DNA of 64,000 nt from Marsupella aquatica (Eukaryota > Plantae > Marchantiophyta). The stretch spans positions 28,941,611 to 29,005,610 of the forward strand of contig OZ316891.1 in assembly GCA_973895155.1 (NCBI GenBank), given 5' to 3'. Shown piece by piece: positions 25,160-36,052 of this stretch. The notes under the pieces were generated by a model, which worked only from the letters and a program-made list of their open reading frames with translations, was not told the DNA's origin and made no database searches. Within the stretch, counting starts at the first letter, position 1. The number at the start of each line of letters is the position of its first letter. The translations under genes were made by a program, and so were the position numbers.

Positions 25160-27517
25160 TCACCAGTAGTCACCACAAGAACACACGCCATCTTTAAAAT
25201 GGTGCAAACGACTTGCATCCCTCGCTATGATCTCCCGTCCAGAGACCTCAGAGATCACCTTGGTTGCCGCATGGCAATCTGAACACACCCGGAGGTTCTT
25301 CTGTACACGAATTGGTTCTCCCGGAGGTATGTGCATTAGTCCGTACGCAATAGCCAACATCTCACTATGACACCAAAGAGCTAGTGCTTTATCCTCCTCA
25401 TTGACATTCTGCAATAGAAGCTGTGTATTGGGAATGTAGCCTTCAGCCTTTAGTGATTTAGCCAATTGCTTGATGTAAGAATGTATCGTCTTAGCTTCTC
25501 GGTGAGATGTATCCCCTGCAACGAAGTCATGGATCTTGTGATCAACTTCAATCCAGGAACGCCCTGGCTCCTTATGAGCACCTCTCTCGTGCATCGTAGT
25601 AGAGCGCGTTAACGACACCTTCTCCCACTTGCCAGCTGCAGCAGAGATGTTGGAGAGGAGCACATATGCAGACGCATTATTGGGTTCCAACTTCAAAAGC
25701 TCTTTAGCGGCAAGCTCGCCCAACTCCACATTACCGTAAATTCTACAAGCCCCAAGCAAGGCTTTCCAAGTTACATCATTTGGTTCCACGGGCAGGTCAC
25801 TAATGAAGAGCATTGCTTTCTCCAAGTGTCCAGCCCGCCCAAGAAGATCCACCATGCAGTTATAATGCCTAATGTCAGGCTCGATGCCATAATCTTGCAT
25901 CATAGCCAAAAAGAATGTCTGGCCTTCATCAAGAAGGCCCGCATGGCAACAGGCTGACAAAACTGCGGTGAACGTAGTCCCGTCGGGCTTCACGCAGTCC
26001 GCATTCATTTTTCTGAAGAGTTCCAAGGCTTCATGCCCACATCCATGTTGTGCAAGTGCACCGATCATTTTAGTCCATGTGAATACATCGCGTTTCTCCA
26101 TTCTATCAAAAACTAGCCGGGCATCATCTATACTGCCACTCTTTGAATACATGTGAAGCAATGCGTTGCCCACACGCACATCCGACTCGAGTCCCGATTT
26201 TCTAGCATAGCCATGAACCTCCTTCACCCAAGCCAAAGCACCCCCGCTGGCATTTGCATTTAAGATGCTCATATAAGTGATTGGATCCGGTTCGAAGCCT
26301 TCCCGTCTCATTTGCAAAAAAAGTAGATATGCTTCCACACCATGACCACGTTCTGCATATGCGCCAATCATGATGTTCCAAGTGACGACATGGCGCTTTT
26401 CCATCCTGTCGAACATTAGTTGAGCATCATCTATACTACCACTCTTTGCATACATGTGAACGAGTGCATTGGCCACACGCAAATCTGACTCCAGTCGCGC
26501 TTTGCTAGCATGGCCATGAACCTCCTTCAGCCACTCCAAAGCCCCCAGACTTGCAGATGCATTCAGAATGCTCATGAAAGTGATTGCATTTGGTTCAAAG
26601 CCTTCCCGTCTCATTTGGAGAAACAGTCGATATGCTTCCACACCACGACCACTTCTTGCATATGCTGCAATCATTGTGTTGTATGTGATTAGATCTCGTA
26701 CTTTCATTCTGTCAAACATTAGTCGGGCATCATCCACGTTGCCACTTGCGGCGTAAGCACCAATCATGATATTCCAAGTGATGCAATTTCGATTGGACAT
26801 GTTGTCGAAAACTCGCCTTGCCTCGGTGATGCACCCACACTTTGTATACATCTGAATGAGGGCAGTCCCTACACGTAAGTCTGATTCAAAGCCGGCATGT
26901 CGTATACACACATGAACTTCTTCCCCCCATTTTAGAGCTAATGGGCTGGCAAATGCCTTCAGGATGGACAGATATGTGACCTCATTAGGCCGCACACCTT
27001 CTTGGCGCATTAATTTAAAAAGATCCAGTGCGGATTCAGCATGATTACTGTTAGCATATCCTGCAATCATCCTGGTCCAATCAATAACACTCTTCTTCTC
27101 AAGTTCATCAAAAACTCGTCGTGCATCCAAAACTCCCCCGCATCTCATATACACATTTAGGAGGGTGCTCGCCACATAAGGATTCTTGTCCATTCCGCTC
27201 TGGATGATGCAGTCATGGACGTGCTTTGCCGCTAAAAGGTCGTTCTGTTTCAAGCACATTTGCAGAACTTTAACATACGTGTACGAGTCTGTTGTGATGC
27301 CTCGTTGTAGACGATCCTTCAAAACAGCAATTGCTTCACTCGTGGTACCAGCACTATATATGTGCCTACTGCCATTCCCTTGTCCAGTGTCTTGAGACCA
27401 ATCTCTGGTGCTATAACCAGCACGAGATCGCAATCCGTCTTGACGAATAAATTTGAGCCCCGCCTTCTCGCATGCTGGAGTTAACAGGCAATTCATCCAA
27501 AGCGCTTCCCTTGTCAT
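25160..27517 (-). CDS. PLS-class pentatricopeptide repeat protein with E1, E2 and DYW:PG cytidine deaminase domain (organellar C-to-U RNA editing factor)
   Basis: 15 PPR motifs (L,S,P,L,S,SS,P,L,S,P,L,S,P2,L2,S2), then E1, E2, PG box KEPGRSWIEV, zinc-binding HSE...CSDC and terminal CSCGDYW. The first in-frame ATG is at 27517; the ORF-track start at 27604 is a GTG. Upstream exons may extend the N-terminus. Confidence 0.97.
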   Translation of the reverse strand: MTREALWMNCLLTPACEKAGLKFIRQDGLRSRAGYSTRDWSQDTGQGNGSRHIYSAGTTSEAIAVLKDRLQRGITTDSYTYVKVLQMCLKQNDLLAAKHVHDCIIQSGMDKNPYVASTLLNVYMRCGGVLDARRVFDELEKKSVIDWTRMIAGYANSNHAESALDLFKLMRQEGVRPNEVTYLSILKAFASPLALKWGEEVHVCIRHAGFESDLRVGTALIQMYTKCGCITEARRVFDNMSNRNCITWNIMIGAYAASGNVDDARLMFDRMKVRDLITYNTMIAAYARSGRGVEAYRLFLQMRREGFEPNAITFMSILNASASLGALEWLKEVHGHASKARLESDLRVANALVHMYAKSGSIDDAQLMFDRMEKRHVVTWNIMIGAYAERGHGVEAYLLFLQMRREGFEPDPITYMSILNANASGGALAWVKEVHGYARKSGLESDVRVGNALLHMYSKSGSIDDARLVFDRMEKRDVFTWTKMIGALAQHGCGHEALELFRKMNADCVKPDGTTFTAVLSACCHAGLLDEGQTFFLAMMQDYGIEPDIRHYNCMVDLLGRAGHLEKAMLFISDLPVEPNDVTWKALLGACRIYGNVELGELAAKELLKLEPNNASAYVLLSNISAAAGKWEKVSLTRSTTMHERGAHKEPGRSWIEVDHKIHDFVAGDTSHREAKTIHSYIKQLAKSLKAEGYIPNTQLLLQNVNEEDKALALWCHSEMLAIAYGLMHIPPGEPIRVQKNLRVCSDCHAATKVISEVSGREIIARDASRLHHFKDGVCSCGDYW

Positions 27518-27699
27518 CTTATTATTGAAGTCAGGTGCTCCGGGCGTCCTCTGTTGGCACCACAACCCACGATCAGATCTGGAAAGCCTGACTGATACCA
27601 GCACAAGATGTAAGAGATTCCACGCCCTTCTTTTTTCTTGGTTTGTTAAGCCAAGATGATATTTCTACAAAGAAACGTTCAGAAGTAGATAGCCAAGAG

Positions 27700-28060
27700 G
27701 TTAAGTCTCTAATTGGAGGGCTAAAACACATGCCTACCTCCTGCAAAAGATGTATGTCCTTGTCTTCCTTCCTCTGCTGTGCTCTTTGGTACAGATAACT
27801 TGCAAAAGTGACATCACTCCATTTTGATTGAGAGTAATGGCTATCTGTCAAGAATCCCATGATCTTAGATTGAAATACCAAAATAATTGTGAAGGCATAT
27901 CAAGGTAGCTCAAAGTATTAAGCTCATTCATACTTCAGTACTTCACTGTATATCTAGAATGAATCAAATCCTGCCACTGACAAACTGCATCTATCACAAT
28001 CACATGTTATCTTTGGTCTGTTTATCGAATAAACTCTGACATGTGCTCCATTTGTAAGTT
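27700..28060 (-). pseudogene. Weak, highly decayed PPR-like fragments
   Basis: DVTFASYLYQRAQQRKEDKDIHLLQEVG resembles an L motif (D.VTF.S.L......EGK.IH....G), and TCQSLFDKQ resembles the end of an S motif. Confidence 0.35.
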
Positions 28061-29116
28061 GCCAACCGTCCAATGTCCCATCACAACCTGGCTTGAAAGA
28101 TCTTAGGTTTGTTTGTTTAAAGGTTTGAAAAAACGAGACCGGAATTCGGAGATAAAGCGGATCGAGCATAACCTATACTGGCTCTACAGAATCCATTGAG
28201 ACTAAAACATATGGCATGAATGTGGTAAAGCCCCAACCCCGGGCTCTCTGTGATTCCTTGGAGAGAAAACCAACTAGCCAAAAGAATCAAATTCGAAATT
28301 CAACTTTTCATCACACGAGTCTCGTAGCAAGAAATTCATGCAATTATAGATATCAAATTGTGCTGCAGGGCACGGTTTTTTTGTTTCAATGTAAATAGTC
28401 ACAAGGTTGAAATCGGAATTCACTCTTATTACCTGAAGACGTTGTACCCAAAGAACGGATGGTGCCAGTACTGATTACTCCGGAACAAGGAAAATCAACT
28501 CTACAAATGAACAGTAAGCATTTGTTGAGAACGTATTCACGGTCGTCCCTTACAAAATCCTCAGATAATAATCCAACAAACTGACAATTAAAAACTTAAT
28601 CATACCTGGCTGCGGAGTGCGGCCTAAAGCGCACCTTCATAGAGTCAGCTCCATTCCCATGTAGGAAATAGAGCTGAAGCCGAGAGGAAAGGCCCACAGC
28701 GGGGGATTTCGCCATATTTTCCAGCGACCTAGGTACTGCTCAAATCGCAGCGCATGTGATTCAATTGGCCCCAATCGCAGCAGACAGTTGTACGGAGCTC
28801 GGTGAGATCGTGTGGCTAGCAGAGGCAGCTTAAACACCAAAGCGCGCACGGAATTCCAAAAGACTGGCCTCCAAAAGAGAAATATTTGCGTGGATAGATG
28901 TCAATTACAATTCTCACAGACAGCTTTGCATAAGGGGCTTCGCAAGCATTCCCCTTGTTGCATCTATTAGGCCAAAAAGAGACCTCAAACCATCCTGCAA
29001 GAACAATTCCAGCACGGGATTCAGGCTAAACTGACAACAAAGTACTGTTTTTCTACGATAAAGTGTGGAAGTTCAGGGTTTAGGTTTAAACTCAGCGTCT
29101 TCTCGTGTCCTGCCAC

Positions 29117-29338
29117 TCAACTCTGGAATGACCTTCGCGTGAGGATGCCACATCTGAAATCGGCCCTGAAAAGAGTCACTTGCAAGCAGCGGAAGGATTT
29201 CACCATCCGCAACTTCGAGTTCACAGTCTGTGCCTCCTCTTCTCCAATCCCATGCTGGACGATCGTCGTCCCCATCGCCCCAAGCATCTTCCATACTTTC
29301 CTGAGCCATAAAGCAGGGGACATCACTACAACCTTCAC
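29117..29338 (-). pseudogene. Decayed PPR P/P2-like fragment
   Basis: VWKMLGAMGTTIVQHGIGEEEAQ..KLRM resembles WTKMIGALAQHGCGHEALELFRKM of the intact gene. Confidence 0.45.
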
Positions 29339-30325
29339 CGCTCTCGGACTGCGGTCTCTTTATGCTTCTGCTCGATTCAGCTTGGCGCTGCAAGATGTTT
29401 GGGGAAGCTGCTCGATGTCATCTGCTGCTCTTCGCAGAGTATTGGAAGACCACGGATTGACCGTAAACTAAACATGGTTACAGTTCAATTGTGTAACCAT
29501 GGACACATTCTCAAACTCTCGTCTACCTTTAGTCTTTACCCCAAATTTTCCGTTTGTAAACTGGATATATTTTATCAAGCGTAACAAAGCATTGAGTTAC
29601 CTAAATTTCCATTTGCATTTTGGATAAGTTGTATCTAGCAGAACAAAGCACGGAGGACTTATTGCAATTTCCATTTGCAGATTGGATACATTTTGTCTAG
29701 AGCAACAAAGCACCAAAGGAGCCATCCTATGACGGCGTTATGTATTATCAGTTTCTTTGGACAATACTGTAAGACATTTTGGGTAGGAACCAAAGTAAAT
29801 AAACTCTCTCTACTAGGAGATGTCCATAATTGAACCCCTAAGGCCCTTATTTAGGCAAGATCCCTCCCAGGATATCTTTAGCTAACACATTTCAGTCACT
29901 CAGCTTGTAAGCCCCATATGAACATATCAGTGCGGCACCATAGCAGGCGTCCCATGTGCAGTTCTGTAGTCCTTTTAGTATATTTAATGAAAAGTACTAC
30001 AAGGTTTTGTCGGACCCAAGCCTCCATCAAATTGTTTTCTGGGCATATGTTATATATGAAGGGTTTGCATTGAACGAGGTTGCATATAATGGGGGTCGAC
30101 TGTGGTTGCCAACTTTATTGAGATTGTCAAAACATCAGAATATATGCTAATTCCTGTATTGACGTTTGCATCCTTCACGTTGGACTTTTGACCTTTGTAT
30201 AACAAACTCAGACTCAACCACATACTTGTTCTCTTATATATGCTCAGTGAGATGAACCAGCTATAAGGTGACCAGAGGGGCGTAACTGTGGTGTCCAACT
30301 CTCAATTACATCTTGTTGAATATGT

Positions 30326-30568
30326 TTACTTCCTACCTCGTGCTGTTAAGCTGGCACTCCCAATGAGAAAACCCAATTCCTTTGGGAACACCTCTTCACA
30401 CGGCATGAGCTGACATAACTGCAAAGCTTTAATCCCTTGCCCACAGTTCACTTTCCCTAAAACAGCATTCCAAGAGATGCCATCCTGTGTGGGCAGTTTT
30501 TCGAGAAGCAATGTAGAACATGCGCTGTGCTCCCACAGTTTGCAAAGACGGTAAGAACTCTCCTCCAC
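30326..30568 (-). pseudogene. Decayed PPR S-P-L fragment
   Basis: LLEKLPTQDGISWNAVLGKVNCGQGIKALQLCQLMPCEEVFPKELGFL matches the FEKMP.RDV.SWNAM.G....GQG.EAL.LF..M..EGV.P.E.TF consensus. Confidence 0.75.
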
Positions 30569-31629
30569 AAGACTGCAGAGAGCTTACAATTACTTTGAAC
30601 GATTTACTTATGAATCTGCCTCTCTTCTGCGCTGCCCCATGCCTTACTAATGTCCGAAAATGAGTAGGGTCGTTGTTTTTGGTCCATTTTAATGTGTTTG
30701 TTCAAATATTCCGATCCTGTCTGTTTTTCCCCACATTTCCGAAACCAAAGTATTGTCCGATCCCAAGGGCCCATAATACAACAAAAAATTCTACAACACA
30801 GTGCTTGGACTTCACTTCACTGATATGGCCAAACTGCTTTCTGCAATTCCCTACATTCATTGAATTTCAGAGACGGATCTGACTTTGGGCAACCCTTTCA
30901 GCATTTCCACGCATCCTCTATCCTCCCACGTTTTCCAAACATATCAGCAATAGCACGAGTCGTATACAGTATTAAACTCTGGTCTTGACTGATCCGTTAT
31001 TTATCATCCACCTTCTTCACACATATCACATTAGCGCATGCATTGACGAACGGTACAAAAGCGATGATGTTTCCCTCCTCTGCAGCTGCCAAGCTATGTG
31101 GGTATGCGTTATTCATCGTTTTTCGCACAAATCAAGATCGAGAAATTGTACCAGATCGTACTATGTCTAGAAAGGTAAGCTGGGTTGTACTAGTTCTCTT
31201 CATGCACTGTACTTCTCGGCTCTTGGCAGTGATGTAGTGTCTTTCCCTAGTAAGTATCTTCTTTCCTTGCCGTCAATTCGGGACCTATCGCCTTTAGAAT
31301 TCAATTCCACGCTATTAATCGTGGAAACCCAGGCAACCACCTTGCTCTCAGCCGAAAGCTAACTTTCTATTACGAGATTTTATTGATAGCAATTCAAATC
31401 CACACTTCAAATTAAGCATCTTTTCACCTTAATCCTCATCCAAATCTGGCCTCAACTTCATAGTTTGACAACACTGTTGTGTGTCTCACTTAATTTTGTG
31501 TTAAATGGACATCACAGCACATAAATCTTTAGTAAGGTGACCGACAAAGTGCCTACCATCTCGTGAATTGTGAGGAGACCAGGTAAGTTTGCAGACGAGA
31601 TCAGACATTGCATTACTCAACCCTTACAA

Positions 31630-32520
31630 ACTTTGTTCGTGTTTGTAAGGGTGTCGTAAGATCATTCTTTCATGATGTTGCACATGCCACTGCACCTTTT
31701 GCACTTGGAAAACATGTTGGGGGCCCACTTCTTCTTCATGAATGTGTAAGGCCCTCTGGAACATCCCAGACCCTGCAAAGAAAATTTTGCAGGTTCTGTT
31801 CAATAACTAGGAGAAGGCTACCATAGCTTTGTCCCAATAATGGACTATATTGGCACTCTTTTTCAAGTGAACTGAACTCAATTTTGGCGCTCAAACCCTG
31901 CGCACGTTGAGTTGAGAACAACTTTGAGTTGAGAAAACCTTTGAATTTTGTGCTCTCAATTCTTCTTACATCAGAACTTGGAGTCTCCAAGACGCTCAGG
32001 GTCCTCAGAATGTCTCGGGCCGCTTTTGGTAGACATGAACAAGAAATTGATTAGTAGTTAATGACGGCTTCCTTCCGTTGGATCATATTTGTAGCAGGTT
32101 TCTTTGGGATGTTAGGAATATCCTACTTTAAGGGCTAGACCGACTCGACAAGTGGACACCGACCAACAGCAGAAGAGATCAATTTTGTGATTGAAATGAG
32201 AAATCCACACAAGTACTAAGAAAATCCTTGTGCCCTAGGGTCATATGTCGACGCGTTGCTTCTCAGCACAAGACTTTGGCACTTGTGAGAACTGTTTGCC
32301 ACAACAAATCTTGTGTTGATCGATTGCATCAACCAGGAATTGCAAGCTTTCCACAAGTATACTGCAACGATGCGAGGAAGCTCTGTCTTCTATGTGAACA
32401 TAGAGCTCTTTCACTTTCTTCCTGCCTTCCTTGAATTCTTTGATGCATTTCAGTCATTATATTCCCTGATGCGAATTTTCTCATGATCCAAAGGTGAGAA
32501 TCTGGTACAGATACCATCTA
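31630..32520 (-). pseudogene. Decayed TPR gene fragments of the kinesin-light-chain/TPR_12 type
   Basis: Broken minus frames contain FQRALHIHEEEVGPQH (compare AL.I.E..LGP.HP), IQGRQEESERAL and SFLASLQYTCGKL. Stops and frameshifts are present. Confidence 0.45.
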
Positions 32521-32800
32521 TCAGGTCTCAAAATGCTTTTAGTTCACGCAAAGGCCCTCAAAGGAAAAGCTCTTCCACCTCAAGCCTCTAAAGTTTTTTT
32601 AGTGCATAGTCTCCGAGGGAATGTGACAGAAAGAGGACAGAAACCACTACACACTGCAGAACACTGGAAAAAGCTGCCTTACAAGTTAAGAAATGAAACC
32701 TCCACTACTTCTGTGGTGGAGGAGACTGCATCACAAGACAGTGATCATATCCATCAACTTCGGATAGTGTTAGTGTAAGCAGGCTCATACCACAAAGAAC

Positions 32801-33838
32801 ATGGAGTTCGACTTCGTCACACTTGATGTCTTCACACACGAATAGTTCAGCGGAAACCCACTCCCCATCGTCATCGTGCCCACGCAGTACCATAATCTCC
32901 TCACTCTGTCACAGAAGCAGCTCATCGCTTGTGGATTCAACTTCTCGGAGACGATCTTCCTCCACAAAGCTACTAATGCTACAGAAGATGATCTACTCCA
33001 CTCATCATCATCCACGAGCAGTCCAGGTCCAGCAGGACCATCTCGAGAAATCTACATCTTCACCACAACGGCCGAGATTCCATTCGCCGGACACCCAACG
33101 ATTGGCATAGCGTGCTATCTGCTATGGACGGCTTCTCCTCCTGCGCAATTGGGTAGTGTAGCACCCAATTATGAGGGTTCACTACGGCGTGGAACTGTCA
33201 TCACCAAGGCTGGTCACATCCCTGTGAGCCTCAACGCGGAGGGGACAGTAGCTGAAGCCAGCATCCCACACAATGTGCATTGGCACAATGACATCTCCAC
33301 TAAAGGGCCACAATCTCGTGGCGGATGACAGTTTACATGTGGTCTCCATCGTAAAGGGGATGTCGTTCGTGCTTGTGGAATTGCCTGACGAGGCTGCACT
33401 GGCTGCCTTGACGGCTGCTACGCCTCCATTCAATATTTCACTTGACAGGGCCTGGGATGAGTGGTTGGTAGGCGCTTATTACTACATCAAGGTGTCCAAT
33501 GCAGCAACAGATGATGATGATGATGATTCAGTGTTGCAGAAGCAACAGCGGGTGCGGACGAGGATGCTCAAGGCAAATCTGGGGGATCCTACAACCGGCA
33601 GTGAGGCGTGTGCTCTGAGCTGCTATCTATCCCTGACATCAAGTGCTGGACCCATGGTGATCCTTCGATGAATTTCGACTACCTTGTAACCCAAGGAGTG
33701 GAGATGGGCCACAAAAGCAAAATCGGAGTAAAAGTGGACATGACTAATTGTGGCCCATCTGGAACAAGAATTGCCAAGGTGGTGTTGGAGGGCGGTGCAG
33801 TGACGATCACTAAAGGGAAGATGATCGTTTCATGCTAA
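32801..33838 (+). pseudogene. Intronless PhzF-family (diaminopimelate epimerase-fold) isomerase pseudogene of fungal-like type
   Basis: ATG at 32801: MEFDFVTLDVFTHE*FSGNPLPIV...QKQLIACGFNFSETIFLH...IFTTTAEIPFAGHPTIG...IPHNVHWH / SIVKGMSFVLVELP...RTRML..GDPTTGSEACAL / TQGVEMGHKSKIGV...LEGGAVTITKG. Lesions: in-frame TAG at 32843-32845 and frameshifts near 33300 and 33660. Confidence 0.9.
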
Positions 33839-34439
33839 GCAACACTAGCCGGATCGATCACGTTGACATTGTAGTCTTCCATCACATAATCTTTTAGAAG
33901 GCAACCTAGAAGATGATTATGTAGATTATTCGGATCCTTGATTTTCTCTTCGTTACGCAGAAATTGGTGTTGGATTGACAAGGCTCGTGCCGTAGTCTAT
34001 CTGTCATACTGAATGCAAATTCAAAAGGATTTTTGAAGGCGAATTGACAACGTCCGCGATTTGAAACACACTGATTCACTGCTGTTTTGTACAACAATAT
34101 CCTCCGCGCATTCCTCATGATGCCCTTTAGCTTTTATTCACCGGACAGAAATTTCCTGACGTGGTATCTTTTATACAGTCTACACAATTTTATTAGGGAG
34201 TCTCAAAGCTCAAGCTGGTAATTTGATGTACAACTCATACTATGGTGCCAGCTCTTTAATAACCTGTCCCCTTAACTGCCCGAACTCAGCATCTAGTCCA
34301 CAAAACGATTTTAATTGTTAACCTGTCCCCTTTTCAGTGTGTGGGACACCGGTTATCTCTATGTTCATTTCTTATTGTGATCCTGGTCGAATTGGTTTGT
34401 GGGTGGGGCCATGAGACTTCACAGCAAACAGAAAGCAGT

Positions 34440-35172
34440 AACCATGCTTTCAAACCCCAGCTGCAAGAAGTTACATTACATATGTCCATTCAAATTTGGG
34501 ATTCATCATGATCAAATATTTTGAGAAGCATGAGTTGGCTGTAGGGCGGGCTGAGAACTCCATTCCCATCCAACATTATGGCGTACTTGAGGGACATTGA
34601 AGAGAAGGCCACTCACCTTACTTCCCACCCATCAAGTGCAATTGAGGTTCGAATCACTGATGATAGAAATTACCAATACCTTGTGAAATTTGAACCTGAG
34701 TGGTTTTGTACTTGTGATGATTTCCAGGACACCTTGTTGCCTTGGGTACCTGCCTAGCGGGCCTTGACCAGATTGTGTAAAAGGCATGTTGATTATGTGT
34801 CCCCATTGTACTCCAGTCATTTTGGGGGACATATGAAAGTCATCTCCCTGCTCTATTGAGGAGTGAGTTGTTGCCAGACTCAAACTGTGGACCACCATTG
34901 AAGAAACGTAGGAAAGGACGTCCAACAGAGCGACTTAGGATGCAATTTCCAAGTGAAGAAGTATGTAGGCTGCCCAAGAAGTGTGGCGTCTGTGGTGAGT
35001 GAGGCCATGACAAGAGGAGTTGGCCTGAACGGGAGGCTGCTAGACAAGCTCTTAGTATGAATGTAGAGCAAAACATTGAGATTGCAGACTTGAACATCAG
35101 TGGTAATACTCAGGAAAGCTTGGACATGGAGAGCTTCTCTCAGTTACTGGGGACACTAGAATCACAAAGATG
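34440..35172 (+). pseudogene. C-terminal remnant of a MULE transposase (SWIM finger + zinc knuckle)
   Basis: YLVKFEPEWFCTCDDFQDTLLPW..A is a degenerate SWIM motif CxC...LPCxH at ~34700. It is followed by PPLKKRRKGRP and KCGVCGE*GHDKRS, a CCHC knuckle at ~34980-35025. The DDE core is absent. Confidence 0.85.
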
Positions 35173-35486
35173 AAACATTGAAAGTTTTGGCTTTTGAAGG
35201 GCTTAACAGCCAATACACAGGCTACTGTATAGGCTTTTTTGGAACAGAGTTTTTCAAATAAATTGGTCAATGTCTATCAATAACCCGATGTTGCAATGCT
35301 GCAAATCAGATTATGTAAATGTTGAATGCCATTCAATCTGATGGAATGAAACAAAAGAAAATTTTGTATGAAATCAATTATATATGGCATCAAAGCTGAA
35401 TTTGCATGAAAGCTAACATTTCTCCCAATGAAATTGGGGAACTTCAATGATTTCACATTGTACTTCTAGGGCATTCCCCAAGTACG

Positions 35487-36052
35487 TCAGACACTCAACC
35501 CATTCTGCATGTACTGTACTAGCTCTGCCCTAGTCTTGAATGATTTGAATTTGCAATCACTAAATCCCCATACTTGTTGATTACATTCATCCCACGTCTC
35601 ATAAAATCCCAGGCTGGAATCCGTGAACTACAGCATAGAATTTTCGCTTTTGCCCTGCTTTCCACACCTATGTTGGGCCATTGACATATTCCACTGGCAT
35701 CCCAGGGCCCATCCCAGCTACAATTGTCCCGGGTTCTCCAACTTTGCCAATTCTTGCTGCTATTGGTGCCAAAGGCAACGGTGCATCACATTCAACCTCT
35801 AGCTTCATCATATCAGACCTCTTTTGATGCTCCCATCTTCATGTCACTGTTGATTTCTTCTGGCAATTCAGGTGCAGAAGGGGTAGGGTGGGGTGCGGCA
35901 TTCGTGTAATCAAGATTGTTCACAAGCGAGTGCAGAGAATCTCTAGCAATGTTCAGCAACTTTGCAATGTAACAGAAAATTGAGGCAAGCAGTCGAAATG
36001 CTAGCCAAAGGCACACTACAAATGCCTTAACGACAATGATCCAATTTGCCAT
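35487..36052 (-). pseudogene. MULE second ORF: hydrophobic N-terminus + RNase H1 N-terminal hybrid-binding (Cauli_VI-type) domain
   Basis: ATG at 36052 gives MANWIIVVKAFVVCLWLAFRLLASIFCYIA.... The C-terminus is GQKRKFYAVVHGFQPGI/YETWDECNQQVWGFSDCKFKSFKTRAELVQYMQNGLSV*, with one extra T at ~35604 plus a frameshift and a stop upstream. Confidence 0.8.

Noticed and set aside
27518-27604. ORF-track N-terminal extension of the PPR protein
   Set aside because: It starts at GTG; the first ATG is at 27517 and a splice acceptor lies at ~27580.
32843-32845. PhzF in-frame TAG as a possible RNA-editing or readthrough site linked to the neighbouring PPR-DYW gene
   Set aside because: The locus is nuclear, the DYW is PG-type (C-to-U), and two additional frameshifts show ordinary decay.
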